From the IMG/VR virus record IMGVR_UViG_3300021254_000029, positions 1-64,000 of that record: a stretch of 64,000 bases of DNA. The stretch is one strand, 5' to 3'. Origin of the DNA: a virus (taxonomy: Duplodnaviria; Caudoviricetes). This document shows, in pieces, positions 1-10,084 of the stretch (the first letter of the stretch is position 1; each line of letters opens with the position of its first letter). The notes below the pieces were generated by a model, which was given only the letters and a program-made list of their open reading frames with translations, searched no databases and was not told where the DNA came from. The translations under genes were made by a program, and so were the position numbers.

Positions 1-414
1 CACCTGAAGCAGCTCCAGCGAGCCGGGGCCAGAGACAGGCAACTCTCTCTTTTTCAGTTCCTGTTCGCAGAAGGATACGAATCGTGTTGTACGCAGGGCT
101 GAAGCGCGGCGTGCTTCGCGGATGCGTTCAGCGAGGGCATGGTAATAGGTTGAGTCCCTTTCTGCATTAGACGAACCGATGGGCGCGCCACCAGTTTTTT
201 CACTTTTTGCATTTCGTGTACCACTCATCATTTCGAGAATAGCCATAGCGCTTAGCTCAGCGTCGTCGGGCTCAGGGGTGAGATAAGTGTGTGTGCCTTC
301 AATCATTAGGGGGGGAAAAGATTGGCTGGTGACTGAATCACCGGGCGTTGTCGATTGTGAAGGGCAGGCCGATTGACGGCGGAAAAAGGTAATGATTCTG
401 TAGAATATGTTCAT
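1..414 (-). CDS. hypothetical protein, truncated by window edge
   Basis: Open frame from ATG 414 (MNIFYRIITFF...) runs off the left edge; preceded by the TGCCCTTGAT late-promoter-like motif at 463-472 (-). Confidence 0.55.
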   Translation of the reverse strand, partial: MNIFYRIITFFRRQSACPSQSTTPGDSVTSQSFPPLMIEGTHTYLTPEPDDAELSAMAILEMMSGTRNAKSEKTGGAPIGSSNAERDSTYYHALAERIREARRASALRTTRFVSFCEQELKKRELPVSGPGSLELLQV

Positions 415-462
415 GAGTATTTTTCCGTTGTTGTTGCCAATATCGGAATATTGGCAGCCAGC

Positions 463-516
463 ATCAAGGGCACTAAGTGTCTGCCCTTGACCCATGGGAA
501 ACTATCGTTAATTTCG
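463..516. promoter_or_regulatory. divergent pair of putative late promoters (TGCCCTTGAY + -7-like box)
   Basis: Motif at 463-472 (-) and 482-491 (+), the latter followed by TAATTTCG at 509-516. Confidence 0.6.
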
Positions 517-540
517 GGGTATATTTTCCAATAACAAGAC

Positions 541-1806
541 ATGCTAATTACAACTCAGAACGAAATTCTCAGCCTGATGCCAACGGCACGCTGGGACAGG
601 CCAGAACAACTTCTTGGATACCTCGAGGAAGAGGAACGGGTAGCGTTGGAGCCGCTGCTTGGCACGACGCTGTTCGACGACGTATGCGAGGTATATTCAA
701 GGCTGCGAAAGGATTATAAAGACATTACGTCATCCACAATACGAATGACAGGTCAGGCAAAAAAAGGTCCGGAATTAGCTTATGCTGACGTTACGGAACG
801 CATTGAAGCTATCCATGAAGGCACCTACAACGGTCCTTATACCGGTTCTCTTGCTGGCCTGGAAGAGGTTCAAGAAGAAGACATGTTTTATATCCGTCTG
901 ATTCGGATTTGCCAGCAGATTGAGTTTTACAAGATGATCTCGCATAAGGCGGGACTGCTCACGGTGTCGTTCAACGAAGGCGGTGGCATGAACATGGTGA
1001 GTGCCGACGGCTATGAGCCGGCGGACGAGAAACGTATGGAAAGGGTGGTAAAAGACGCCTATATGAGTGCCGGTAGAGCCATTGACTCGTTATTGCTATT
1101 CCTGGAGTCTGACGCTAAAGGGAAAAAGTACTTTACGGAGAAGTGGCAGGAGGCCGACGCGTTCTACCTGCATAAGGACCTCTTGTTTCAGACGGCACGG
1201 GTGCTTAATGAATACTTGGATATCAAGGGCGAGAGGATGGCATACGCTGCACTGGTAAGGGATATCCGGTTCTGTCAGAACAAGTACCTTAAACCGAGGA
1301 TTGGCGGGAAGCTGTTGAAGGCGGTGATGGAATGGGCGAACCTCGGTGGCGAAACCGCCGAGCACAGTGACAGCGGCGAGGCCGCTGTGCTCAGCGATTC
1401 CGTCGCTGAGGAACTGCTTTCGCTGCTGAGAACTGCGCTGGCTTTCTACGTGGAGAGCCGACGAACGACCATCACGCAAACCACCCTGCTCTCGGGTTCC
1501 GGAACCTATGCAACAGCCAGTTCTCAGAAAGAGGTGAAACTGGCGCGGAGGGACAGTATGACGGACGCACAGCAGGCGATGGCGATGGCGTGTCAGTTCA
1601 TCGAGGAGAACCTCGAAGCATTGGGCGAGGCAGTGGTAGATACACCTATATATAATAACGTGCGCGCACGCGAGAAACAAGCGAAGTTGGATAAGGCTTG
1701 CGCCAGTGCAGCAGAGGTACGACGGAGGAAGGAGGCTTACGAACAGCAACACAAGATGCTGTTCACGGCTTTCCCGATGACGCACCGGGTAAATGAGCAC
1801 AAGTAG
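541..1806 (+). CDS. putative virion morphogenesis protein (head completion/adaptor-like)
   Basis: 421-aa helical ORF immediately upstream of prohead protease; function from position only. Confidence 0.45.
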   Translation: MLITTQNEILSLMPTARWDRPEQLLGYLEEEERVALEPLLGTTLFDDVCEVYSRLRKDYKDITSSTIRMTGQAKKGPELAYADVTERIEAIHEGTYNGPYTGSLAGLEEVQEEDMFYIRLIRICQQIEFYKMISHKAGLLTVSFNEGGGMNMVSADGYEPADEKRMERVVKDAYMSAGRAIDSLLLFLESDAKGKKYFTEKWQEADAFYLHKDLLFQTARVLNEYLDIKGERMAYAALVRDIRFCQNKYLKPRIGGKLLKAVMEWANLGGETAEHSDSGEAAVLSDSVAEELLSLLRTALAFYVESRRTTITQTTLLSGSGTYATASSQKEVKLARRDSMTDAQQAMAMACQFIEENLEALGEAVVDTPIYNNVRAREKQAKLDKACASAAEVRRRKEAYEQQHKMLFTAFPMTHRVNEHK

Positions 1807-1807
1807 G

Positions 1808-1830
1808 GTATGTTGCGATAGAATCGCAAC
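1808..1830 (+). repeat. REP-like palindrome GTAT-GTTGCGA-N5-TCGCAAC (copy 1 of 9)
   Basis: Other copies on - strand: 5346-5368, 8580-8602, 9051-9073, 10053-10075, 16938-16960, 19224-19246, 24373-24395, 24475-24497. Confidence 0.85.
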
Positions 1831-1861
1831 GAAAAGGACGGGACGCAAAGGGTACATCGCT

Positions 1862-1897
1862 TGCCCTTGACCCCGCAGCAACAAACATTTAGATTTG
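1862..1897 (+). promoter_or_regulatory. putative late promoter TGCCCTTGAC-N18-TAGATTTG
   Basis: Recurrent motif plus a perfect Bacteroidetes TAnnTTTG -7 box upstream of the protease gene. Confidence 0.7.
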
Positions 1898-1937
1898 CAA
1901 TAAACGACGGGCGCAAGCCCCACAAACACAAACGACA

Positions 1938-3737
1938 ATGATTTCAAGAACGTATTTCACGGAGTCCTTCTACGACATGGCCGAGGAGACAGCCCAGCGT
2001 TTCGCGCAGGCTATCCGTGAGGCATGGGTGAAGGGGCTGGACTTCGAGGGAGAGAAGAAGCACGGATTCTTCCTGTCGAAGAATCGTGGCTTTGACGATA
2101 AGTTGTATGTAGGCAACATCCACCGCATAGAGAATCACCTTTACTGGAACGATGAGGAGTTGGCCGACGACGACGAGATTGTAAACGTAGTCGTGATTGA
2201 CGGACCCGTGACACGCGACGGCGACGGTTGCTCGTATGGCTCAAAGGATCACCGAGACCAAATCCTGTATGCCAACACCATCCCGCAGGTGAAGGGACAC
2301 ATCTTCATCATCAACACGCCCGGCGGTGCTGCTTCGGCACGCATCGACTACGAACAGGCGATTGCCGACTGCCGCGAGAAGGGCAAGCCGACGGTGGCAT
2401 GGGTAGATGGACTGTGTGCCAGTGCCGGTCAGTTGGTGGCTTCGCTATGCGACCGCACCATCGTGATGAACGGACGCAACACAATGGGCTGCATCGGTAC
2501 GATGTGTGCTTTCTGGGCTGTGGCACACAACACGGTGTCTCAGGATGGCTACCGCTACATCGAACTGGTGAGCGTGACCAGTCCCGACAAGAATGCGGAA
2601 ATTCGTGAGGCTGCCGACGGCAAGACGGAGAAACTGCAAGCCGAACTGAACAGGCTGGGCGAGGAGTTCCGCGAGACGGTGCGCCAGAACCGACCATTGG
2701 TAAAGGAGGAACACCTGACTGGTAAGACCTTCGATGCTGACGAGGTGATGGGCGCATTGGTGGATGAGATTGGCGACTACAACCGCGCCATCCAAGCCGT
2801 GTTTGAGTTGGCGGGAGGCACACTGGCTCCAGCCCGCGAAGCCACCGTCATTGAGGACGAGCCGGCCGCAGGGAACGAGCCAGAGGAACAGGAAGACCTC
2901 GCCACGTTAAATGAGCAACAGAAAGCAGCCATCGCCAAGAGCAAAGGAGACTTGATGATGGCCGAGAACGGACACGTGACAACAGAGATACAGGGTTTCT
3001 TTGGTCCTGAAACAGTAGAAGTAGCAACCCCTAAAAACGATACGACTATGACAGAAGAAGAGAAGAAGGCCGCTGAGGTTGCCGAGCAGCCAGCAGCCAC
3101 GCAGGAGGAACAGGCTCCTGCCACGGAACAGCCTGCCGAGGGAGCGCCCGCGACTGAGGCACCTGCTTCTGAAGAAACACCCGCCACGGAGAAACCTGCC
3201 GGAGAGGAAGCCCCTGCACAGGAGCAGCTCGCCAACGAGGAAGCCGCAGGACAGGCAGAGGCGCTTGCCAACGCAGAGGCGATGATTGCCGAGAAGGACA
3301 AGGAGATTGCCGACCTGAAGGAACAACTTGCCACGCTGGAAGGCATTGCCAAGGAGCGCGACAAGGCGATGGCGGCTATTGACGAGGCACAAGCCAATGT
3401 CGCCGAAGCGAATAAGAACTTCAACGAAGCTCAGGCCGTCATCGCCGAGCGCGACAAGACGATTGCCGAGCACGTGGCCACCATCGCTGCCAAGGACGCA
3501 GCCATCACCGAAAAAGACGCCAGAATCGAGGCTCTCCAGAAGAAGGTGGCTGACCTGCAGGCCGAGGTGAAGGAACTCAGTGAGAAGCCCGCTCCGATGA
3601 CCAACGGTGACGCAGGTGTGCCAGCCGGCAACGGCACGGGCGAGGCTCCGAAGGTGAACCAGCACCAGCGCGTGAAGGCCGGCATGACGTATGAGGAGAT
3701 ACGCGCCTTGAAGAAGGCGGAAAAGGCTGAGAAGTGA
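1938..3737 (+). CDS. S49/ClpP-like prohead protease fused to acidic coiled-coil scaffold domain
   Basis: INTPGG and DGLCASAG motifs of SppA/S49 peptidases; E/A/P-rich linker and coiled-coil C-terminus; directly upstream of capsid gene. Confidence 0.85.
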   Translation: MISRTYFTESFYDMAEETAQRFAQAIREAWVKGLDFEGEKKHGFFLSKNRGFDDKLYVGNIHRIENHLYWNDEELADDDEIVNVVVIDGPVTRDGDGCSYGSKDHRDQILYANTIPQVKGHIFIINTPGGAASARIDYEQAIADCREKGKPTVAWVDGLCASAGQLVASLCDRTIVMNGRNTMGCIGTMCAFWAVAHNTVSQDGYRYIELVSVTSPDKNAEIREAADGKTEKLQAELNRLGEEFRETVRQNRPLVKEEHLTGKTFDADEVMGALVDEIGDYNRAIQAVFELAGGTLAPAREATVIEDEPAAGNEPEEQEDLATLNEQQKAAIAKSKGDLMMAENGHVTTEIQGFFGPETVEVATPKNDTTMTEEEKKAAEVAEQPAATQEEQAPATEQPAEGAPATEAPASEETPATEKPAGEEAPAQEQLANEEAAGQAEALANAEAMIAEKDKEIADLKEQLATLEGIAKERDKAMAAIDEAQANVAEANKNFNEAQAVIAERDKTIAEHVATIAAKDAAITEKDARIEALQKKVADLQAEVKELSEKPAPMTNGDAGVPAGNGTGEAPKVNQHQRVKAGMTYEEIRALKKAEKAEK

Positions 3738-3857
3738 AAAACGAAAAGTGAAAAGTGAAAAATCTAAGTAACTCTTCGCAAAACCGTTTGCCATCAATCC
3801 GTATGGCAGGTAACTCTAATTTTTCACTGTTCACTGTTCACTGTTCACTCTTCACTT
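3735..3857. repeat. heptamer (GTGAAAA / TTCACTG) repeats in inverted arrangement
   Basis: GAAAAGTGAAAAGTGAAAA ... TTTTCACTGTTCACTGTTCACTGTTCACTCTTCAC can form a long stem. Confidence 0.6.
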
Positions 3858-3868
3858 GCAAGGCCACT

Positions 3869-3905
3869 TGCCCTTGACCGCGAAACTCGGAATACCGATA
3901 TTTCG
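3869..3905 (+). promoter_or_regulatory. putative late promoter of capsid gene
   Basis: TGCCCTTGAC at 3869-3878 and ATATTTCG at 3898-3905. Confidence 0.6.
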
Positions 3906-3981
3906 GTATAACGAAATTACGACACAGAACACAAGAGAACACAAACACAATTATTCACCCTCAAGACACAAACACACAACT

Positions 3982-5277
3982 ATGGCTTACGCACTTAGCA
4001 TCGCACAGATTCAGACCGTAAAGGAAACGATCCACCCCGAGTTGGTAGCCAAGGCTTACCTACTCACCGACAGCATGTTTGAAGACCTGGGAGTGAAGGT
4101 GACTACGGATGTCGAGAATATCGACACGTGCTACATCTTCAACCGCAAGGGTCTGCAGGCACGTCCCTACGTCGTTGGCAACGTGAAGAGCAGCGAACTG
4201 GGCAAGTTCGTTGACAACCCCGCAAAGGTTGAACCCATCGTGCTCCACACCGCCGACTCCATCGAGCGCTACAAGGAGAAGGGCCCCTTCGAGGTTACTA
4301 ACGTAGCCGAGAGCGCCGAACACACTACCTTCCTGCTGAACGAGCTTTCGGGCCGCTTCGCAGAGGATGTCCGTGCCAACTTCTTCTTCGGTAATATCGC
4401 CAACCGTGCCCTCGCCGAGGACAGCAACGAGAACAAGGTGAAGAAGGGTCTGTCCCTCTTCGATGGTATCTACACCATCATCGCCAAACGCCGCACCGAC
4501 GGCACCATCTCGAAGGCCAACGGCAACCTCATTGAGACCGGCGACATCACCGGCTTGGAGGCTGACCAGGTTTACGAACTGCTCACCACCTTCTACGGCG
4601 GCCTCTCCGCTGCCATGAAGAAGCCTGAGCAGACCCTCTACATCTACGCCAGCGACGAGTTCTGCCGCAAGGCCGTGAAGGGCTACATGCTGACTTATCC
4701 TCAGATTGCTCCTACCGTGCTTCAGGCAGGTTGGAAGTTCGCCGAGATGCCCAACGTGGTTCTGAAGACCAGCTCCGGTATGGGCAAGGGCGGCCAGCTC
4801 ATCGCCAGCGTAGAGGGCAACCTGGAGTTCATCTGCGACAACCGCGAGAACTCCGCTCTCATCAGCATTGGTCAGGTCAACACCGACCTCCGCGTGTTCG
4901 ACTACCAGGCCAACGGTCGTGCCACGGCACGCATCCGCGACTTTGGTCCCGAGGTGTTCGCCGTGAACGATGCAGTGAACACCCACAGCGACCTGCCAGT
5001 AGGCGACTACATCGCAGACATCTTCACTGTTTCCAGCAACAACGAGAAGATGGGTACGGCTGCCATTCAGTCTCCTCAAGATCTCTACAAGGAGGGCGAC
5101 GTCATCACCGTGAAGGCTACTCCGAAGACAGGTTACGTCTTCATCGGCTGGTCGGACGGTGGCGAAGAGGCTACTTACGCTTACACCTTCAAGGGTGGCG
5201 TGGTTGACCTGCAGGCCCGCTTCACCGAGGAAGTTCCTGAGAACGGCAACGAAGGCGGCGATGAGCCCAATCCCTAA
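3982..5277 (+). CDS. major capsid protein with C-terminal InlB B-repeat/Ig-like domain
   Basis: Follows protease-scaffold; strongly biased codon usage; LFDGIYTII motif; C-terminal YKEGDVITVKATPKTGYVFIGWSDG; likely start MAYALS at 3982. Confidence 0.8.
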   Translation: MAYALSIAQIQTVKETIHPELVAKAYLLTDSMFEDLGVKVTTDVENIDTCYIFNRKGLQARPYVVGNVKSSELGKFVDNPAKVEPIVLHTADSIERYKEKGPFEVTNVAESAEHTTFLLNELSGRFAEDVRANFFFGNIANRALAEDSNENKVKKGLSLFDGIYTIIAKRRTDGTISKANGNLIETGDITGLEADQVYELLTTFYGGLSAAMKKPEQTLYIYASDEFCRKAVKGYMLTYPQIAPTVLQAGWKFAEMPNVVLKTSSGMGKGGQLIASVEGNLEFICDNRENSALISIGQVNTDLRVFDYQANGRATARIRDFGPEVFAVNDAVNTHSDLPVGDYIADIFTVSSNNEKMGTAAIQSPQDLYKEGDVITVKATPKTGYVFIGWSDGGEEATYAYTFKGGVVDLQARFTEEVPENGNEGGDEPNP

Positions 5278-5416
5278 CCCTTAACGTTGGAGATGTGCGG
5301 CGGCTATACAATACGGTCACTGGCCGCCGCCCTCTGACACTTTTAGCTACGATATAATCGCAGCATACTGAACAACTAAGCAGTAACAATACACAAACAT
5401 AAACACATATACGAAT

Positions 5417-5962
5417 ATGGCACTAACTTGTATCCCAAAAAGCGTACTCAGCAGCGCGGTCTGTACGGAAAATCCAGCCGGTCTCTCCACGTTTCTCTAC
5501 GCTGTTCCCGTCGAAGGTATCCAGATCCAAATAGACGACGACAAGAACCAATATACTATTAGCGCTGCCGCAGGCGAAAATGCGGCGTTGCAGGGCTATC
5601 GGATTGATTTCAAGGCTCAGACCGGTAATTATTCATCTGAAGACAACGGCATGGGTAAAGGTTGGACCGGCACACTCACTGGCCGCGTCGAGCTTGCGGA
5701 AGATGTCATGGCTTGGACCAGCCGCGTGCTGCACAACAGCGACAAGTACCTCTACTTCGTCGCAACAGGTAAACGCGTAGAAGGCGATCCAGAGTTCATT
5801 GTCATCGGAAATGAAAACGGAGAGGCCGAGTGGGCCGTCGCCGCAGACACAGGCACGACGCGTCAAGATGACCACGGTCAGACTTTTACCGTAACATGTG
5901 GTTACCAACTTTATCCACTGACAAAATATGTGGGTAATATCCAGCAAAAAGACAAGGCTTAA
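5417..5962 (+). CDS. putative major tail/virion structural protein
   Basis: 181-aa beta-rich ORF after capsid, N-terminal C-x10-C-x2-NPAGL; position. Confidence 0.5.
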   Translation: MALTCIPKSVLSSAVCTENPAGLSTFLYAVPVEGIQIQIDDDKNQYTISAAAGENAALQGYRIDFKAQTGNYSSEDNGMGKGWTGTLTGRVELAEDVMAWTSRVLHNSDKYLYFVATGKRVEGDPEFIVIGNENGEAEWAVAADTGTTRQDDHGQTFTVTCGYQLYPLTKYVGNIQQKDKA

Positions 5963-5990
5963 CCCCGTTGTCATTTTCATAAAATAAAAC

Positions 5991-6024
5991 AGGCTCAGGC
6001 TCGATTTGTGAGCCTGGGCCTTTT
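5991..6024 (+). terminator. rho-independent terminator
   Basis: AGGCTCAGGCTC-loop-GAGCCTGGGCCT followed by T-run. Confidence 0.7.
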
Positions 6025-6047
6025 AGTCACCTCTCTAAAAATCAGGA

Positions 6048-6551
6048 ATGTTTTTGATAGAACCATGCTGTGCCGAGCGTCACGTATGTCAGTTGCGCTC
6101 GATTCTTGGCGACGACGGCACAAGAGAATTTAAGGGGTACGGTGATTTATCCCTGACGGAACTTCTGCCCGCTATTCTGTCTCGGTACAGTGAGACAGAG
6201 ATGGTGATTGCTGCTCCTGTCCTTCCCGAGCAAGCCACCGATATCATCGCAGAATGTATGAAGAAGCAATGGGCGCGTAAGACCGGCACAGGCAAGCTCG
6301 ACGTCATTCGCCACATGATTGTTGTCACAGATAAAAAGAAGTCTCCTGTGGCATTCCAGTGGGCGAAGGATAATCGCTTTGGTGCACGTTTGTCGCTCGT
6401 CAATAAGCAACAGGAAGGCACTATAATTTTATTACCAGACTTCGCGATTACGGGCCCAATAAACCTTCGTTATGGTCATTCGTTTGTAGCCACTGCGACG
6501 AGCGATTGCGTAAAAATCCAAGAGCTCTGGCGACAGTTTAAAGAGCCTTGA
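6048..6551 (+). CDS. hypothetical protein
   Basis: 167-aa ORF. Confidence 0.6.
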   Translation: MFLIEPCCAERHVCQLRSILGDDGTREFKGYGDLSLTELLPAILSRYSETEMVIAAPVLPEQATDIIAECMKKQWARKTGTGKLDVIRHMIVVTDKKKSPVAFQWAKDNRFGARLSLVNKQQEGTIILLPDFAITGPINLRYGHSFVATATSDCVKIQELWRQFKEP

Positions 6552-6557
6552 CATCAA

Positions 6558-6968
6558 TTATGATTTAATCTGCACAATAAAATTGGCAAAGCTCTTTCGC
6601 TGCCTAATGTTCAGCTCTTTTAAGTTGTCTTTTTGTTCCTGGCATTCTTTACGGAATAACAATATTTGTCTATGCTCCTCTTCGCGTTGGTTAAAATAGT
6701 CCACAGCTGCGACAATCGCAGCTTCAAAGAGTGCGGCCTCCATATTGTTTAATCTCCGGCTACACCCATCAGCATCCTTAATGCGCATAGAACCTTTTGC
6801 TTCTGTCGTCACTCGACCAGCGAGAGCCTTGATTTCTGCATCCGTCATCCCCAGGATAGGTTCAGGACTATAAAGTTTGCAACTTTCTCGCATCTTGCGA
6901 CGGCATTCAGCTTTGCGTGTGAGTTCTTGCCGTAAAGATCTTTCTTTCGTTAATGGCTTATTAGACAT
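6558..6968 (-). CDS. hypothetical protein
   Basis: ORF from MSNKPL; TAATTTTG box upstream. Confidence 0.55.
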   Translation of the reverse strand: MSNKPLTKERSLRQELTRKAECRRKMRESCKLYSPEPILGMTDAEIKALAGRVTTEAKGSMRIKDADGCSRRLNNMEAALFEAAIVAAVDYFNQREEEHRQILLFRKECQEQKDNLKELNIRQRKSFANFIVQIKS

Positions 6969-7033
6969 GACTATATTTTCGGATTGTGCAAAATTACGCC
7001 GATTCGGGACACAGGGCAATAGTGTGATGATAT

Positions 7034-7627
7034 TTAACTTTTTTTATTAAAATAGCCTTGCTGCTTGAGCCGTTGGTATTGCCTTCTCAGATCATCAATA
7101 AAAGCCGGAGGAATATTGTTATCCTCACAGAAACTTTCCAACATGTCTTTGTCAATTCTAAAGCTGCCAATCCCCATTGATTGATCATAGTTGCGTATGG
7201 CAGCCCAAAATTCGTGATATACTTGGTTGGCCAGGAACTTTGCTGTGCCTGGAGCGAGCTGCATTAACCTCGAAAACGGACGAATAGCCCCCCCGTCGAC
7301 TTGCAGGAAGTCTGGTACGTGTACAGGCAGAAAGGCATTGATGGTCTCTCCTCCATATCGCTCCATAATATTCTCGTTGCAAGTACGAGCATTCAGCACA
7401 GATGAAACTACTTCATAGCCAAGTTGTGAAAGTGACATTTTGTTCTCGATGGCCAAGTTGTCATCCTCTTCGACGATTCCACGAAGAGCTTGTTTTACTC
7501 CCTGGAGGGTCCTTAGTTCAAGGATGCGATGGCCACCTAAAAGAATCCCGGTGCCAAACTCCTCTTCAGCCCACGCCGTCAGATATGGTGTAAAGCGGAC
7601 CCATATTGCATGAATTGTATGGCTCAT
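7034..7627 (-). CDS. hypothetical protein
   Basis: Likely start MSHTIH just after stop of upstream ORF. Confidence 0.6.
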   Translation of the reverse strand: MSHTIHAIWVRFTPYLTAWAEEEFGTGILLGGHRILELRTLQGVKQALRGIVEEDDNLAIENKMSLSQLGYEVVSSVLNARTCNENIMERYGGETINAFLPVHVPDFLQVDGGAIRPFSRLMQLAPGTAKFLANQVYHEFWAAIRNYDQSMGIGSFRIDKDMLESFCEDNNIPPAFIDDLRRQYQRLKQQGYFNKKS

Positions 7628-7631
7628 AGTC

Positions 7632-8111
7632 TCAGATGACAGGCTGCACGCCCATGAAATTCTGGATTTTAAACGATACAGACGCCTTGCCACCGTCGCG
7701 CTCAGTAGTACAGACATAGGTGTCTTTCGTCGCTGACACAAAGGCTTTTGTGCCATCTCGGAAAGTGAGTAAGAGATGAGAAGGTGTGCGTTCCAGCGCG
7801 AGAAGATTATTCCATACGGAGGCATCACGCGCATCAATTTCGCACGTGACGTTGACAAAGTGGATGCGGTCTGCAACGCTGTCGTTTTCTTCATCCTTTG
7901 CTTTGCCCGTCCTCCTTAAGATTGGGATGACGGGACGCCCTTTAGCAGCCGGTTGGATGCCGATTGTTATCGCATTATTGAGCGGAGGATCAAGTTCGTC
8001 CCGTGGAATAGTAGGGGTCAGTTGCCATTGGCTAAATCCGAGGCTGTAGTCGGACACGGGGATTGCGGTGATTGCTATAGCATCGTCTAAGATAAATTCG
8101 CTGCAAAACAT
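7632..8111 (-). CDS. hypothetical protein
   Basis: ORF from MFCSEF; TATCTTTG box upstream. Confidence 0.6.
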   Translation of the reverse strand: MFCSEFILDDAIAITAIPVSDYSLGFSQWQLTPTIPRDELDPPLNNAITIGIQPAAKGRPVIPILRRTGKAKDEENDSVADRIHFVNVTCEIDARDASVWNNLLALERTPSHLLLTFRDGTKAFVSATKDTYVCTTERDGGKASVSFKIQNFMGVQPVI

Positions 8112-8168
8112 AACTATGTGCCTTTTAATACAGCACAAAGATATGAAAAAAAATGCAAATAAAAAAAC

Positions 8169-8561
8169 TTACCTTTTCGGGCAAAGGAGTGGTGAAATGG
8201 CATCGTATGCAATCTGGCCAATGAACCCCTGAAGATACGCACCCTGTTCGGAGTCTTGTGGGACTTGGTAATAGGAAAGAATCGCTTGCTGAAGATGGTC
8301 GGATTCGTGCATGAAGGAGTTGAGAAATTGTGCCGGATGTGTAACACGGCCAACCACCATGACAGACATTCGTGCCCATGGAACGTTAAAGACAAAGGCC
8401 TTGTTGGAGCTGTGGATGGTATTCCACGCTCTATCTATTTCCGGCTCAGGGCAAGCAAACTCGCGGAGAATAGGAGCGAGCTGTGAGAAGTCGTCGGGTA
8501 GAGCATCATAATAAGCGAGTATTCCCCAGTGTCCTTCTATGTCAAGATAGTCTCTAATCAT
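8169..8561 (-). CDS. putative HExxH metallopeptidase-like protein
   Basis: HESDH motif with downstream E (SEQGAY). Confidence 0.55.
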   Translation of the reverse strand: MIRDYLDIEGHWGILAYYDALPDDFSQLAPILREFACPEPEIDRAWNTIHSSNKAFVFNVPWARMSVMVVGRVTHPAQFLNSFMHESDHLQQAILSYYQVPQDSEQGAYLQGFIGQIAYDAISPLLCPKR

Positions 8562-8614
8562 GTTAGTAGGGTTAGTGGAGCTGCGACAGAGACGCAGCAT
8601 ACGGTACAGGATAA

Positions 8615-9034
8615 TTAAATCATGTCTTCCCAGTAGGGTATGTATTTTGGACCGAGGCCGCAGAGGTCGGACATCCAGCGGTCGAAGAGGTAGCCTTCGG
8701 CTTTATCAATGTCGTCGATGTAGTCGCGGATGGCGAGTGCGTGGTGCTTGGCATCAACGATGGAAGAACCGAGTTGGTCAGATTTTACCATGTTGGCGAC
8801 AAACACGTGGTCGTAGAGGACATTGTTCTTCAGCTCTACGCCGTGGGTCTTGAGGAGGGTATCAACTTCCTCGCGCGACATGGGAGTGATGGCAACGGGC
8901 TTGCCGTCGGGACCTGCCTTCTGCATGAGCGATACGGCGTAGTCGCAGAGAGGTTTTGAAAAGTGGTGGCCGTACTGGGCGAGGTAGGCACGAAGGCCAC
9001 TGGGAAGAATATCGTACTGACGGAGGTCTTGCAT
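8615..9034 (-). CDS. helical hypothetical protein (accessory operon)
   Basis: 139 aa, YGHHFS...DYIDDID. Confidence 0.7.
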   Translation of the reverse strand: MQDLRQYDILPSGLRAYLAQYGHHFSKPLCDYAVSLMQKAGPDGKPVAITPMSREEVDTLLKTHGVELKNNVLYDHVFVANMVKSDQLGSSIVDAKHHALAIRDYIDDIDKAEGYLFDRWMSDLCGLGPKYIPYWEDMI

Positions 9035-9092
9035 TGTTTTTTATTTTAGGGTTGCGATAAAATCGCAACATACGTGACAGAAATGGAAATGA

Positions 9093-9117
9093 TGGGTGGC
9101 GGCTAACCGCCACCCAC
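9093..9117 (-). terminator. hairpin / putative terminator
   Basis: GGGTGGCGG-CTAA-CCGCCACCC. Confidence 0.5.
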
Positions 9118-9136
9118 TCTGAAATGGGAGAAGGGC

Positions 9137-9451
9137 TTAGTAGCCGCGGCGGTCTCCGTAGCCCATGTAATCAGGGTTCTCACGGTACATGGGGTAGCCG
9201 TTCATGCCGTAGCCACCACGGAAGTTGCTGCCGCCACCGTAGTTGCGGTAGCCTACGTTGCCGTTCCAGCCACCGGGATTGCCCATCATGCCGCTGCGAT
9301 AGCGACCACCGCGCTCCTGGATCTGCTGGAGTTCTGGCATGTGCTCAGCCATCTTCTCCCAAAGGTCGCAGACGGACTCCTTGGCCCTTATTGCCATCTC
9401 GACGAGTTCTTGCTTGTCGTGCTCGTCACGAAATTCAAATCCGAAAATCAT
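9137..9451 (-). CDS. G/Y/R/N-rich low-complexity protein
   Basis: C-terminal RGG/GY repeats. Confidence 0.7.
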   Translation of the reverse strand: MIFGFEFRDEHDKQELVEMAIRAKESVCDLWEKMAEHMPELQQIQERGGRYRSGMMGNPGGWNGNVGYRNYGGGSNFRGGYGMNGYPMYRENPDYMGYGDRRGY

Positions 9452-9474
9452 AGTCGTAATGGTGTTAGGGATTT

Positions 9475-10026
9475 CTACTTGTTTTTCGACGCAGACGAGA
9501 TGCCTTTCTTCAGGTCCTGCATCATGGTCATCATGGTGTTCATGGTGTTCACGATGTCGCCCATTTGTCCCTTCAGGTTGGCGATGTCCTGTTTCTGCTC
9601 CTTTTCCTCGCGGTAGCGCGGATTAAGGGTTTCGAGCATCTTCTCACCTTCCACGAGGACCGTCTTGTGGAAGTCCACCTTTTCGAGCGCCTTGCGGCTT
9701 TCCTGAATCATCGCATCCACGGCAGGCAGCATAGCATCGGGCGTGGTGGTGATGAAGGTTTGACCGTTGTTGTAGGTGGCAGAGGTGTCGGTGGGGGTGA
9801 GATTACTGAAGGGTACATCTTCGGTGCCACAGCGGGCTACGACTTCGACCACAGGAGCCATCATGTTTGTGCCAGCGTATGCGGCTGGCGTGGCTGCCGG
9901 AGTCTGCGTCATGTAGCGAGGCTTTGGCTCGGGTTTGTTCTGGACGGTAGCCACAATGAGTTGTGGCGTTGTTTCGCGGTGCAGGATGTATATAGCACTG
10001 CCTGGACGTAAACTTTGGAAATCCAT
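9475..10026 (-). CDS. hypothetical protein with C-terminal coiled coil
   Basis: 183-aa ORF in co-oriented operon. Confidence 0.7.
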   Translation of the reverse strand: MDFQSLRPGSAIYILHRETTPQLIVATVQNKPEPKPRYMTQTPAATPAAYAGTNMMAPVVEVVARCGTEDVPFSNLTPTDTSATYNNGQTFITTTPDAMLPAVDAMIQESRKALEKVDFHKTVLVEGEKMLETLNPRYREEKEQKQDIANLKGQMGDIVNTMNTMMTMMQDLKKGISSASKNK

Positions 10027-10084
10027 GTGTTATTACTTTTTGTTTGATGTTGGTTGCGACAGAGTCGCAACATACTGAACGCTG

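Noticed and set aside
3856-3981. N-terminal extension of capsid ORF in the ORF track
   Set aside because: Overlaps the promoter motif; ATG 3982 has the typical start context
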